Shown here in pieces: positions 1-19,918 of a stretch of 64,000 nt of DNA. The position numbers and the translations under genes were made by a program. The stretch comes from the human T2T-CHM13v2.0 reference genome, Homo sapiens. The DNA is taken from assembly GCF_009914755.1 (NCBI RefSeq), contig NC_060941.1. One strand, given 5' to 3'. Position 1 is the stretch's first letter, and each line of letters opens with the position of its first letter. The notes beneath the pieces were generated by a model. That model had not been told where the DNA came from. It saw only the letters and a list, made by a program, of their open reading frames with translations, and did not search any database.

Positions 1-1743
1 AAAAACAAAGTTGGGAAGGGCCAAGTAAGAATATTCAGAGAAGCTCCTTAACACCAACAGGCTTTCCTCCACTCTACCTTGGCCACAGTCTCAAGTGGAC
101 ATACCTTATCTTGTCAGCTCTGATCACCTCAAGCCTCCCACTCTGAACATCACCTCCTGTACTTCCAGCTCAGGTAGGTCCTATGTCACCACCACACCAT
201 GCCAGCAATTCTCTGAGCCCACCCAGCCCTCTGAACCAGCAGTCTTTGCCTGTTGGCAGCGCCATCACCATGTCCTTAAACCATCCTTACAGTCACTACC
301 CTGCATCCTTTACCCCTTTTCCCCATTCACTGTGCTCACCCAGAGAAACTCCAAACTCCAAACTCCAGTTGGATCCAACTATGGCTCAAGAACCAGCACC
401 CCTGTGTGACTAGACTCATTTCCAAATCAAAACCACACGTTTCGCGCAGGCCCTCGGTTCCTCCAATGTGCTTTCACAGCTTCACTTCCCCGCTCTTGAA
501 ATGACTCATTTCAAATCTCCCACACCCCCAACCTCAATTTCAGCTGGCAATGCCACCACACGCTTCAGAGAAAGAAAGGATGCACCCACACCAGCACACC
601 TCACCTCCATGCCCCACACCTGCCACCCAGTATCCACGCGTGCCCCCTTCCCCCGCCAGAGCACAGTGGAAGCTGCATCGTGCTCCTCCAGCCTGCACTG
701 GGCCCCAGCCCTCTTGCTCCTTAGGGCCTGGCCCTGCAGTTGTCTCTGCAGAGCCTTTCTCCCCTTCCCGGATCATTATCATCCGCTTATAACATGCCCA
801 CCCTTCCTCCTTTAGAAACTCTCCCTGGAGGCCCCCAGCCCTTCTGGCATCTGCTGTTCCACCTCCCCCCTCCCCACTTTCATTCTGTGCTGCTCCAAGC
901 AGCTGTTTGTCCCCACCGTTACAGGAGATGACTCTAGTCCAGATCATCAGTGACCTACATGTCACCAAGGCCAAAGGTCCCTTCCCCTGCCTATCTCTCA
1001 GTGGCATTTGACACGCTTGGCCATGGCCTCCTTACCTGTTCTTCCAATGTCTCCGACTCCACCTTCCCCTGGTTTCCCTCCTCCACATGACCTTCTCCTC
1101 AGGAGCCTTCACTTCCCCCTCCTCCTCCGCCCTCTCTCAGTGATGGCTGCCCCGAAGGTCTGTCTTGGGGTCTCCGGTCTTCATCTTTGTTCATTCCCAT
1201 AGTGGCTGTCATCCTGATCTGCGGCTTCACAGACCATCTCTGGTCTGATGAATCTCAAGACTTAATCTCCCGCCGAGACTTCTCCCTGGGACTCAGATTC
1301 ACATATTTAACTACCTCACGCCTCCTCTTGGATGCCTAATGAGCATCTCCCAGCCAAAAGCAGGCTCGAATTTCCCTCCACCACCCCCTCAAATCCAGTC
1401 CTTCCCAAGGTCTCCTATCATAAATAGATGTCGCTCCCCATTCGCCCAGCTGTGTAGGCTAAAACACTAAGAAATTATTGTGATTTCTTTTTCCCTCACT
1501 CCATCATCCTGACAGCGCTGCCTGCAAAATAGACCTAGGCCCACTTATTCCCATTTCACGGTTACAGCCCTCGACCAAGCCACCTTCATCCCTAGCCCAG
1601 CCTATCCTAATGAACTACCTGATTTCTGCCTCCAGGCTTGTCTCCATCTCACCCCCTGCAGTTTATCCCACACACTGCACTTAGGGAGATCTTTCTAAAG
1701 CGCAAACAAGACTTGTTATTCCCGTGCTTAAAATCCTCCAATG

Positions 1744-1825
1744 AGGCAGAGGTTGCAGTGAGCTGAGATCGTGCCACTGCACTCCAGCCTGGGTGACACA
1801 GCGAGACTCCGTCTCAAAAAAAAAA
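1744..1825 (+). mobile_element. 5'-truncated Alu with 14-bp TSD
   Basis: Alu right-arm end plus A tail flanked by AAAATCCTCCAATG at 1730-1743 and 1822-1835. Confidence 0.9.
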
Positions 1826-1835
1826 TCCTCCAATG

Positions 1836-2185
1836 GGCTGGGCGCCATGTCTCACTCCTGTAATACCAGCACTTTGGGAGGCCAAGGTGGGAGGGAAGAT
1901 CGCTTGAGCCCAGGAGTTCGAGACCAGCCTGGGCAACATAGAGAGACCTCTGTCTCTACAAAAAAATACAAAAAGTATGTTTGTATTTTTTGGCTTCACT
2001 CATGGTGGTGTGAGTCTGTGGTCCCAGCTATCCGATGGCAGGGCGGGGTAGTGCGGAGGTGGGGCAGGGGGAGACTGAGGTGGGACGATTGCTTAAGAGA
2101 TCAAGAGGTTGAAGCTGCAGTGAGCTGTGATCGCACCACTGTACTCCAGCCTGGGTGACAGAGCGAGACCCTATTCAAAAAAAAA
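1836..2185 (+). mobile_element. AluJ-like element
   Basis: Dimeric Alu consensus with old-subfamily features and internal insertions. Confidence 0.85.
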
Positions 2186-2569
2186 TTTTTTTTAAAGTTG
2201 CCCATTGGAATAAACTTCAAACCCCTGACCGTAGCTGGCAGGACTTAGGCAGTGTGTGGCCCCTCCCTTGCCCTCAAGCGTCTTCTCCTACTTCTCCTCC
2301 CTTCTCACTGCGTGGCAGCCACAGTTGCCTTCTCTCTGGGACTTGACTATCCCAAATCTTGGCCTGGCCCAGGGCCTTTGGTGGCTTTTCTGCTTGGAAC
2401 TTCCCTCCCTCCCAATGCCCTCCTCCCAGTCTTCACAGGGCTGCTGTATTTTCACCATTCAGGTTCCCAGAGGGGTCAGCATATGCAAAGGCCTGAGGAG
2501 GGAAGGAGCTTGGGGGCTGGAGAAACTTAAACGAGACCCTTCCTTCCTTCAAAACCCCCTAAGATTCTG

Positions 2570-2855
2570 CAGGGTTCGGTGGCATGTACCTGTAGTCCCA
2601 GCTGCTCCGCAGGATGAAGCGGGAGGATCAAGTGAGCCCAGGAGTTCAAGGTTGCAGTACACCATGACTGCACTTGTGAACAGCCACTGCTCTTTTAAAA
2701 AATAAAAACCCCTTGTCGGGGCACGGTGGCTCAGGCCTGTAATCCCAGCACTTTGGGAGGTCTAGGCGGGAGGGTAGCTTGAGCCCAGAAGTTCGAGACT
2801 AGCCTGGGCAACAAAGTGAAACCCCATCTCTACAAAAAATAAATAAAAATAAAAT
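2570..2855 (+). mobile_element. FAM monomer followed by FLAM monomer
   Basis: GTGAACAGCCACTGC (FAM-diagnostic GTGAATAGCCACTGC) near 2675-2690; second left-arm monomer 2714-2855. Confidence 0.7.
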
Positions 2856-2879
2856 ACCCCAAGAGTCTGAAAAGAGGGT

Positions 2880-3608
<729 letters not shown>

Positions 3609-3699
3609 GAGGGAGGATATATTTCTAGGCATTTAATCTGGGTGGGATCCCTGAGGCAGGAGGACCTCAGAGGTCACCTGAAAAAGCATATCTCTAAGC

Positions 3700-3945
3700 A
3701 TATTCCCTGAAAAACTAGTTCCAAGTGATTTTTTTTCTAGAGGATTTTTTTAAGGGTGGGGGGAGCATTCTGTGTTCAGATAAATTTGGAAAATGCTGCG
3801 TATACCTCCCACACTAGAAGATTCACAGTTCACCTTAGTGTATTAAAGGGCTGAGAATTCACGGTAAAGAAGCATTATGTATTTATGGAAAGCATCATTT
3901 CCCTAGTTTATTTCACCATAAAACCCCATTTTCTTTCTCATAATC
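3700..3945. mobile_element. MER103-like hAT-Charlie fossil
   Basis: AAATTTGGAAAATGCTGCGTATAC...AGATTCACAG...TATTAAAGGGCTGAGAA resembles the MER103 consensus. Confidence 0.55.
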
Positions 3946-4134
3946 TCCGTAGCATTTTCAGATCATATCAGCCTGTGGAAATTCAAGAGGAATGTTGATG
4001 TGAGCCAACCTTGTCTTACTTTAGCTGAGAAGATCAACATCCAGAAAAGGACAAATGACTTATCCAAGGTCACACTGCTGAGAGGGTCGGAAGTTGATTT
4101 AAAACTCAGCCTCCTCAAAATGATAGCGATGGAG

Positions 4135-5116
<982 letters not shown>

Positions 5117-5189
5117 TCATTAGATCAAATTTAGGTTTATGCTCTGCTACTCATATGCTTCTAGTACCCAATAAAAAGCACTGTTTATG

Positions 5190-5428
5190 GGCTGGGTGCA
5201 GTGGCTCATGCCTGTAATCCCAGCGCTTTGGGAGGTTGAGGCAGGCAGATTACCTAAGGCCAGGATTTTGAGACCGGCCTGGCCAACATGGTGAAACCCC
5301 ATCTGTACTAAAAATAGAAAAATTAGCTAGGCATGGTGGCACACACCTGTAGCCCCAGCTACTTGGGAGGCTGAGGCAGAAGGATCACTTGAGCCTGGGA
5401 GGTCGAGACTGCAGTGAGCTGCGATCAC
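5190..5428 (+). mobile_element. Alu, 3'-truncated
   Basis: Alu consensus ending abruptly after GCAGTGAGCTGCGATCAC. Confidence 0.85.
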
Positions 5429-5599
5429 TTTGGAGGCTCAAGAAGACAATTTTGTGTTTTGACACAGCAATAGCAGAACTTTCATCAACAATTAGATTCA
5501 GAACAGGTTATACTGCACACATTTTTGCCACATGCCCAGCCATCTGGCTTCTCTTGGAATTGTCTCCATCTGCCCCCACCCCCACCCTCATTCACATAA

Positions 5600-6405
5600 T
5601 GACTGTGGAACTGGGGGCAGCCATTTGATCCTACTTCTCTGGCTACGGTTGACTGGTTCAGGGGTGGGCACTGATCCAATCTGGGCCAATCAGAGCCCTT
5701 CCCTGAGAATTTTCTATTTGGAGCTCAGGGAATCTGTCCGATCCTAGATTGCTCAGGTAGTAAAAGTGTGAGATGGAGATGGGGCCACTGGTGGCCATGT
5801 TAGCCCCTTATGTGAAAAAACCTGGTTGAGTGAGAAGGAATGAAGCCAACATTCAAAGGAAAGTAAAGACAGGAGACAGAGAGAAAGTCCTGTTAACCTT
5901 GCGATGCCTGTTTCTGTTTGTTTCTGAAATCCAGCTGCCTTACTATGGCCTAGCTACTCCTCCCTTCCTTGGCAACCAAAAAGCTAACACATCTCTCATT
6001 TGGGCTGGGGGGTGTTGTTTTGTTTTGTTTTGTCTTAGTTTTCATTGTTTCAGACAAGGTCTTTCTCTGTCACCCAGGCTGGAGTGCAGTGGTGTGAACA
6101 CAGCTCACTGCAGCCTCGACCTCCCAGGCTCAAGTGAACCTCCTGCCTCAGCCTCAGCCTCCCCAGTAGCTGGGATGACAGACACATGCCATCAAGCCTG
6201 GCTAATTTTTAAAATTTTTTGTAGAGATGAGGTCTCACTACGTTGCTGACTGGCCTAGAACTCCTGGGCTCAAGCAATCCTCCTTCCTCACCTTCCCAAA
6301 GTGCTGGGATTACAGGTGTGAGCCACAGCACCCAGTGACATCTCTTATTTTGCTCAAGCTAGTTTGAGTTGGTTTATCATCACTTGCAATCCAAAGAGCC
6401 TAAAG
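5600..6405 (+). mobile_element. Old MaLR/ERVL LTR (MLT1K-like) interrupted by Alu 6015-6336 (-)
   Basis: GACTGGTTCAGGGGTGGGCACTGATCCAATCTGGGCCAATCAGAG and TTGCTCAAGCTAGTTTGAGTTGG...CACTTGCAATCCAAAGAG motifs. Confidence 0.6.
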
Positions 6406-8365
6406 TAGCCTATAGACCAACTCCCTCATTTTACAGATGAAGAAATGGATCCTGAGAAAGTCCATGACATCCCTAAGGCTGAGGTCAGTGAGTAGCTAGG
6501 CTAGAATTAAATTGCAAACATCTTGATGGGAACACTCATTTGTTTTTGCACAGCCGCTCCTCCTGCCACGCCATGTGACATTTCCAAAGCCTGCCAAGAT
6601 TTCCAAAGTCCTCAGTTGGAGGGAAATGCACCTAAACCTCCTCTTATCCACAAAACAAAGGGGAAAGGATAAAAATAGAAGACCCCTGAAATATAACTGG
6701 AGATCTGGGACCTGGGGGATTGGCGCAGGAAGCTGAGAATGGAGAGAACAAAGTCAGAGTTGTTAGAGGTGAAAACTGAAAGGACCCTACACTCTATTTG
6801 TGGCTGAGCTCTCACACAAGGAAGACAGGATCAAAGGAGGTCTTCATCTCTTTGCAAAACTCTCATGCAGGATTCAGATTAAACTGAGCCAACAAATATC
6901 CTCCTAACCGAGGCTAAAAAGAGATCAGAGACCCACTCCAGTGTTGGCCACCTGTGAATCCCCAAAACTCCCAGCCTTCCGAGGTCACCCTTACCTTTAA
7001 TATAAAGTTGGGTAGCTCAAGGGAGGATCCAGATGCTTTTCCTGCGTGGTTGCACAGCTCCTTGCCAGTCCCCTTGGCTCCTACAGCTGACATTCTCCTC
7101 CTATCCCCCCACCCCAGCCTAGACACAGCATTCTTCCTGCTCCACCCACCCCTGACAAGCACTGCTAATCAAGCTGCTGTGTGGATCTGACTTTTCCTGA
7201 AGTTTCAGGCTAACAGAGAGGGGCGTGATGGGCCCTGGCAGGTTTTCAGGAGTTTTAGTTCCTCCTGGGCCACGTAATATATGAGGCTAACAGAGTGAGC
7301 CTGAATCAGACTGGTCCTTGCTAAACAGATGACTCAACATCCTGGAAATGTGTAGCAAGATGGTGTCTGGAGCCAGCCAAGAACTTGTCCCCAGAACCAC
7401 AGTGTTTGTTAGTTCCCAGTGGCTTGCTAGAGGCAGGTTTTACAACCCCATGAGGCACTTACGCTGGGGTTTCAGGAAGAAGTGGGTGAGGGGCAAGTGG
7501 CTTGGTGAGCCTCGCTTTGAACTACCTAAGACTTGCCAGATCGTCATCCAGGACAGGCAGAAGCTTTTGGCCCCCACTCCCAGGAACCCTCCTGGGGGAG
7601 CCCAGAGAGCCACAATCGCTGACATCATCCAGCCCGTTGCCCTCTAGTGTCCCCTGAACCTCCACAGCCAAATGGTATTTCATTAAGGATCCTGGGGCAG
7701 AGGGCAGCTTCTAGGCAGCTTCAAACCCCATCCTCTGCAGAACCTGCCGAGAAGGTAACATCTCAAAACACATACGTGGTGTGTGCTGCTTATCCCTGAC
7801 CCCGCTCGGGTATCCTCACCTGATGCTTCCCTGGCCCTGCCTGTGGCTAGGGTTCCCATCCTCTCCTTATGTCCCCAAAACAACGCCAAACAGCCTGCAG
7901 CCCACTCTGAAGAGCAGTTTAATGCTTTTTATCTAAGACTTTCCATTTTTAGGAGGTCTGGCCTTCCATGAACAAACACGTTTATCAAGATGCTTTTTCT
8001 AACCCAAAGAGTAATTGGCTCTCTAAAAGCAATTCTGTTTGATTCTGGACCAACAATTGCAAATTCACAAACCCTAGCAAAAGATATTAAATAGTGAGAA
8101 ATATTCTCCAAAACATGAACCTGATTCATACATATAATTACTGTAGTTCTCATATCCTAGAAAATCCAGGATGTACTGTTGCCAAATCTATTTTCCTTAT
8201 ATGTACCACTTACATTGAAATGGATCCCTTCCTTGACTTTTTTACCTGGAAAGCATCAGAGTTCTTCAGAGTAGCTTCTCAGAGTCTCAGTTATAGGACA
8301 AGCCCTGGGGAGTCTTTAAAATCCTAGGAATAAGCCATGATAACTAGAGGAGTTTAATTTCACGA

Positions 8366-8695
8366 ATTTTTTTTTCTCTCTTTTTTTTTTTTTTTTGGCA
8401 GGGTCTTGCTTTGTCGCTCAGTCTGGAGTGCAGTGGTGCAATCATGGCTTACTGCAGCCTTGACCTCCTGGGCTCAAGAAATCCTCCCGCCTCAGCCTCC
8501 CAGTTAGCTAGAACTACAGGCACACGCCACCATTCCTGGCTAGTTTTCTGTTTGTTTGGTTTTGTTTTTTGTTTTTTGTAGAGACAGTGTCTTGCTCTGT
8601 TGCCCAGGGTGGTCCTGAACTCCTGGGCTCCAGTGATCCTTCCACCTCAGCCTCCCAAAGTGCTGGAATTACAGGCATGAGCCACCGCACCCAGG
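8366..8695 (-). mobile_element. AluJ-like element
   Basis: Poly-T followed by antisense Alu consensus. Confidence 0.9.
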
Positions 8696-8970
8696 TAATC
8701 CTAAGAATTCCTAGCAGCCCCTCTGACAATTAGCTGCTCCAAACAGCTTCCTCAGAGACAGCCTGAGCCAGTGCCTCCTCCCAGGAGGTTGAACCCTCTG
8801 GACACAAACCCAGTGACCCACCACCATTCCTTTACACAGTGTCCCTCCTTTTTAGCTCCCATTTCGTTCCTGTTCCACCAGGCCCTCTATAAAGGATGCA
8901 CAGGGCTCGTGGAGGACTCCAGCTCAACTTCCCTGGGAGCTTTACTAAGATTTCAACATTTTACACCTTT

Positions 8971-9548
<578 letters not shown>

Positions 9549-9629
9549 CTGAATTCCTGTAGCCAGCATACACTATTTTCATAACCCTCCCTGCAGTTCT
9601 AGAGTGTGGCTCGAGGGCACAGTCTAAAT

Positions 9630-10480
<851 letters not shown>

Positions 10481-10559
10481 GTAATCTGGGGAGAGGCTCC
10501 AGGCATAAGAATATTATGAGGAGGAAATCCACTTTTTTTTTTTTTCAAGGAAAGCAAGG

Positions 10560-11980
10560 CTGAAGGAGTAAAAAAGATGCAATTACATGCTGCCTACAAG
10601 AGACTTGCTCCACCTTTAAAGAGACACATAGACTGAAAGTTAAGGGATAGAAAAGATATTCCATGCAAATAAAAGCCAAAAGAGGGCAGGAATAGCTAGA
10701 CTTATAACAGATGAAATCGATTTTAAGTCAAAAATGGTAAAAGGTGACAAGAAGGTCATTATATGATGATAAGAGTCAATTCATCAAGAGGCTATAACAA
10801 TTGTAAATTATATGCACCCAACATCACATTACCTAGATATATAAGGCAAATATTAATAGATCTTAAGGGAGGGATAGACTAATACAATAATAGCAAAGGA
10901 CTTTAACACCTCACTTTCAGCAACAGACAGATGGATGGTCCAGGCAGATAATCAATAAGAAAACATTAGACTGAAACTACACTTTAGACCAAACAGACCT
11001 AACAGACAAATACAGAACATTCCATCCGACAGCAGCAGAATGCACATTCTTCTCAAGAGCACATAGAACATTCTCCAGGATAGATTACACGTTAGGCACA
11101 TGACATGTCTTATCAAACTTAAGATTAATATCATATCAAGTATCTTCTCAACCACAATGGTATGAAGCTAGAAATCAATAACGAGAGAAATTTCAGGAAA
11201 TTCACAAATATATGGAAATTATACAACATGATCCTGAACCACCAATGGGTTAAAGAAGAAATGCAAAAATATCTTGAGACAAATGAAATGGACCCACCAG
11301 ATACTAAAACTTATGGGATGCGGCAAAAGCAGTTCTAAGAGAGAAGTTTATAGCTATAAATGCCTGTATCGCAAAAGAAGAAGGATCACAAATAAACATC
11401 GTAACATCACGCTTCAAGAAACTAGAAAACTAGAAAATGAAAAACAGGCCAGGCACAGTGGCTCGCGCCTGCAATCATGCCACTACACTCCAGCCCTGGC
11501 TACAGAGCACGAGATTCCCTCTCAAACAAAAGAAAAGAAAAAAACAGAAACAAACGGAAGCAGAAGGAAGTAAATAATAAAGATCAGAGCAGAAATAAAG
11601 ACTAGAAAAGATCAATGAAACTGAGTTGGTTTTGTTTTCTGTGACAGAGTCTCAAAAAAAAGAGTGCAGTGGTACAATTTCAGCTCACTGCAACCTCCGC
11701 CTTCTGGGTTCAAGGGATTTTCCTGCCTCAGCCTCCTAAGTAGCTGGGATTACAGGCACCTGTCACTATGTCCAGCTAATTTTTGTATTTTTAGTAGAGA
11801 CAAGGTGTCGCCATGCTGGCCAGGCTGGTCTCAAACTCCTGACCTCAAGTGATCTGCCCACCTTGGCCTCTCAAAGTGCTGGGATTACAGGCGTGAGCCA
11901 CCGGGGCCTGGCCAAGTTGCGTGTTTGAAACAGTAAACAAAATGGACACATTCTAAGCTAGACTAACTAAGGAAAGCAAA
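10560..11980 (+). mobile_element. L1 ORF2 endonuclease-region fossil (L1M), with Alu insertions at ~11448-11530 and 11640-11913
   Basis: Frameshifted APE-endonuclease motifs CCLQET, YAPN, DFNTSLS, TFSRIDYTLG; A-rich sense strand. Confidence 0.9.
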
Positions 11981-12394
11981 AGTGATTTGTCTGGGAGAGG
12001 CATTGGTTTGTGCGACCAGACCTCTGCATTATAATGCAGAGGGCCCTGGAAGTCTAAGCATTCCTAAGGAGTTGTGACGAGCCTGTCTTTCCATGTGCCT
12101 GCCACCTGTCCTGCCTGGGTCCATCATGTATCTGTCAGCGGACTCACCTTGTGCCTTCACATTCCCATGGCATGTCTGGGACATCCTGTCACTTAGTCTA
12201 TGTGTGTCTACATGTGCCATTACATGTTCCCCTCAAAGCTCTGCTGTGTTTCTGTCCAGTGCCTGCCACATGTCCCCCACATGTCAGCTGTATGTTCACG
12301 TATGAATTCCACATGTATTTTATTTATCCATGGGGTAATATTGCTGTCATAGGTCCTGCATATTTTGACATGTAACCGTCAAGTTAACTCATGT

Positions 12395-13524
<1,130 letters not shown>

Positions 13525-14123
13525 TTAAAGAAGACAAACAGGACTTGAATCAGTTTATCTTGGCCTCAATGAATTTCAAGTTTCCAGTTTTCCTCCACCT
13601 TTAATATGGTTTAGCATAAACCCGTCTGTGGACAACTGTCCTGGAAACTATTGACCACTGTGGTCTCAGGCCATTTTCAACTACTCTGAGTTTAATCTCA
13701 AGAAAAACAAAAACAAACCCATCTCAATGTAAATAGGAGTAGGGCAGCTGGGTCAGAAAATGAAAATTTTCTCCCAGGGGAGGGAGAAGGGTAGGGGAAA
13801 GAATTCAGGCTTAGAGTCCCAGCTCTGCCACTCAACAAGCTGAGTGACAGTGGTCACTGTGCCAGCCTCACTGAATCTCTTTCCATGTATGGAAAATGAG
13901 GTGAGACCCCCACAGGGATGTGAGCATAGAATGCAAAATAAACATTCAGCCCCCAGCCCAAGTCTGACTCTCAGGACAGCTCAGTCTGCAGCCACTGCCT
14001 CCCTTCTTGGGCCTGAATGCCCAGTGTACTTCCCCTTTGACCTTCATTGTCTTGAAACTATACATTTAGCACCTGAGAGTCAGCTCAGGTGGCAGGTAAA
14101 ATCTTTGCATAGTTTCTGATGTA

Positions 14124-14415
<292 letters not shown>

Positions 14416-14805
14416 TCTGATGTATTTTTTATCCTGAATTCTCCCATATAGCATAGGGCTTCAATTCTTGGGGAGAAAAAAGCTGGAGTTGAAATCCTAA
14501 AGAAATAAGAATGTGAATCTGAATTGGTATGGTTCATCTTGTAACTGATTTAATGGACACTGGAAACGTTTACAAGTGCCTACCTGTCACCCGGAGTCGG
14601 TGGGTGGCCGCCCTCTGGGACTCCTTGTCTTCTGCTGCCATCGCCTGGAGGCAAGAGGGACTGCAGGGACACAGAGGGACAGAGGCCCACACAGGTGGGA
14701 GCAGCAGGGGCTCAGCCCCCTGGGGCAACTAAGGCCACCCTGGGGAGGCCAGTGGCTCACCTCTCATGAAAAGGCAGGTGGAGTGACTTGAAAGGCTGGT
14801 TTCCT

Positions 14806-15104
14806 GGCTGAGCATGGTGGATCACGCCTGTAATCCCAGCACTTTGGGGGACTGAGGTGGGAGGATCGCTTGAGCCCAGTAGTTGACCAGCCTGGGCAAC
14901 AAAGCAAGCCCCCCATCTCTACTAAAAATTAGCCAGGCATAGTGGTGTGTGCCTTTGATCCTAGCTATGTGAAAGGCTGAGGCAGGAGGATCGCTTGTGT
15001 CCAGGAGGTTGAGGTTGCAGAGCTGTGTTTGAGCCACTGCATTCTAGCCTGGGTGACATCGAGACCCTGTCTCAAAAAAAAAAAAAAAAAGAAAAAAAGA
15101 AAAG
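14806..15104 (+). mobile_element. AluJ-like element
   Basis: Alu with A tail; GCTGGTTTCCTGG TSD. Confidence 0.9.
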
Positions 15105-15334
15105 CTGGTTTCCTGGCACATTAGTGGCCAAGAAGGCTCAATGACAAAGCGGGGAGTTTTAACGACTACAGCTCTAGTCTCACCTTCTACAAAAGAGGAA
15201 ACTAAGAGCCCTGCACTGTGGTGGAGTGTTTTTCCCAAGGCAGAGCTACACTGCTTCCCAAGGCAGGATGTGGCTTAGGGACAAAGTCACATTCGAAGGC
15301 AGGCCCCGAGGCCTGATTCCAGGGTTGCTTTATA

Positions 15335-15500
15335 GCACCGCTCAAAGTGTTGTCCTTGGACCAGCAGCCTCAGGTCAGCTGGGAGCTTGTTAGAAATACA
15401 GGATTGCAGACCCCGCTGGCAACCTACGGACCCAGACTCCGCACTTTACCAGATCCCCCAGGAAATCCGGACGCCAGTCAGAGCCAGTGCGAGGGACTGG
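15335..15500. mobile_element. MER5A-like DNA transposon fossil
   Basis: CTCAAAGTGTTGTCCTTGGACCAGCAGC...CTGGGAGCTTGTTAGAAATACAG...ACCAGATCCCCCAGG. Confidence 0.75.
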
Positions 15501-15589
15501 TTTAGAACACACTGCCTCTCAATGTTTTTAGGAGGGCACATGAAGTTAGTTTTATTTCCCCAAGTGGAAATCACAGTATTGTTTATTCC

Positions 15590-17000
<1,411 letters not shown>

Positions 17001-17621
17001 CATGCAACTGCAGCTGCTTGGGTCACTCAGGAGCCCTCATGACCATCACCCACCCCTTTTCCCTGCCTGGAATTCTCCTCTGCTCACCCACTCCACCCCT
17101 CCCTCCACCCTCACCCAGTAATTCCTATCTGCGTTTAGGCTTGGCCTGAAATGTCAGCTCCTGGGGAGGCCTGGGAACACTGAGGCTGGATCCCCTTGGC
17201 ATTCACTCCTCTAGTGCCCTTTCTTTTCTCCTTTGGAGACATTTATCACAAATTCATGAAGTTTCCACTTGAATAAGAATTTGTTTATGTCTTTCTTGTC
17301 CTTGAAAACAGGGCGTGTGCGTCTCTGGGCTTAGGGACCCCTCTGTGCCTCACACTTTGTACAGGGCCTGGCACATAGCAGATGCTCAGAACATGCTTGT
17401 GACAGGATGAAATGAAGGGGTGGATGTTGCGGGTCCTCAGTGCACACTCGGCTTGGGTTTCTACTTGATCGTGTCAATCAAGCTCAGATTCAGAGCTGCT
17501 GGGGAACTGAAGGTCTCTTTGGGGGCACTGCCTCTCAGCAACACTATTGCACAGAGGGATTTTCTGATTACAGCACCAGAAAGAGCTCACCCCGGGTCTG
17601 GTACACAGAAAGCACTCTGCA

Positions 17622-18209
<588 letters not shown>

Positions 18210-18446
18210 TTATTAAACATGGACAGAGAACTACTAATGTGCCAGGTACTGTTCTGACCCTAGGTCCACAGAGATGGTGAAGACAGAAACTCTATCACAG
18301 TCGCTCACAGCCTAGAAGCAAGGAGACCAGTCAGTACAATGCAGTGGAATGCATGTCATGGTAGCGGTGAGTTCAATGCCAGGAGTAGGGGGACCACAGA
18401 GGCAGTGAGTGCCTCTGTAGTGAGCAGAGGCCACACCCTTCCAATG

Positions 18447-18803
<357 letters not shown>

Positions 18804-19867
18804 TAAAATAATTTTTAAAAAGGTGTCCAAGGTCTGGGATGGTCTGGCCTCTCCCAACACCCACACCCTCACCTCCCAGCCTTGTCCTCTCGCTCTCTGT
18901 ATCCAGCCACATCATCATTTTCTCAGCCCCTTCCATGTGCCAAGCTCTGTCCCACCTGGAGGTCCTCACAGATACTGGTTCCTCTGGCTGGAACCCTTCC
19001 CATGAGCACATTTTTGTGACTGGGCACGGGCATACACGAGGCTACTGAACAAACTGCTTTACTTCAGCCTTCAGTTCTGTTCCCAGTGCCCCGTGAAGGG
19101 TAGGCCCTCAATAAATATTTGCTGAGCAGACTACCTTTTATTCCTCACATTCATGGCAAACAGTTTCCCTAGATTATGGCTTGCCCTTAAATTTATTGTT
19201 TCTTTAACCTTCAGAAGTTTTACATTTTGATGTCGTCAGATCATCCAATCTCTCTTTTGGGGTTTCTCTGTTGCTTTACACACAGAAAGTTTCAGAGGTT
19301 TCATAACGGCTAGTGCCTTGAGCAAGGGCTCAAGTTTGAGGGATTTGAATCAGAAGGAACAGGAAGCTGATAACCTTGGTAGAAGCTGATGGAGGGAGTT
19401 GTGTGGCAATACCAGGTGCAATGGCGATATGGGGTTAGCATGTCTTGGGTGTGGCGTTCTTGGTCTAGCATTTTCCTCACGGTGCTCACCAACTCCTTAA
19501 TGGGTCTGGAAAGTATTAACACCCTGGTATGTGTTAAGGAAAAGCAAATCAGAGCCCACTGTTTGCTAGGCATTGTGTTAAGCACTGGGGAACTGACTTT
19601 TTTTTTTTTTTTTTTTGAGACAGGGTCCTTCCTCTGTCACCCAGGCTGGAGTGCAGTGGCCCAATCATAGCTCAGTGTAGCCTCCAACTCCTGGGCTCAA
19701 GCAATCCTCCCACTTTAGCCTTCCAGGTAGCCGGGACTACAGGTGTGTGCCACCTGGCTAATTTTTTAATTTTTTACAGAGGTGGAATCTTGCTATGTTG
19801 CCCAGGCTGGGGAACTGACTTTAAAGGTAAGAATCAAAGAATAGAGCAGTAGTTTATTATGTGCAGG

Positions 19868-19868
<1 letters not shown>

Positions 19869-19914
<46 letters not shown>
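19869..19914. repeat. (TG)23 microsatellite
   Basis: Perfect dinucleotide run. Confidence 0.97.

Positions 19915-19918
<4 letters not shown>

Larger units (their letters stand above)
40..2460 (+). mobile_element. LINE-2 fossil with recognisable ORF2 reverse-transcriptase remnants, interrupted by Alus at 1744-2185
   Basis: Degenerate RT motifs: EMTLVQIISDLHVTKAKG (925-978), LSVAFDTLGHGLL (995-1033), HLWSDESQ (1235-1258; cf. HLYADDSQ); L2-like 3' sequence at 1540-1743 and 2195-2460; left boundary uncertain. Confidence 0.8.

Noticed and set aside
2570-2705. 7SL RNA gene or pseudogene
   Set aside because: Lacks the 7SL S-domain; fits a FAM Alu monomer
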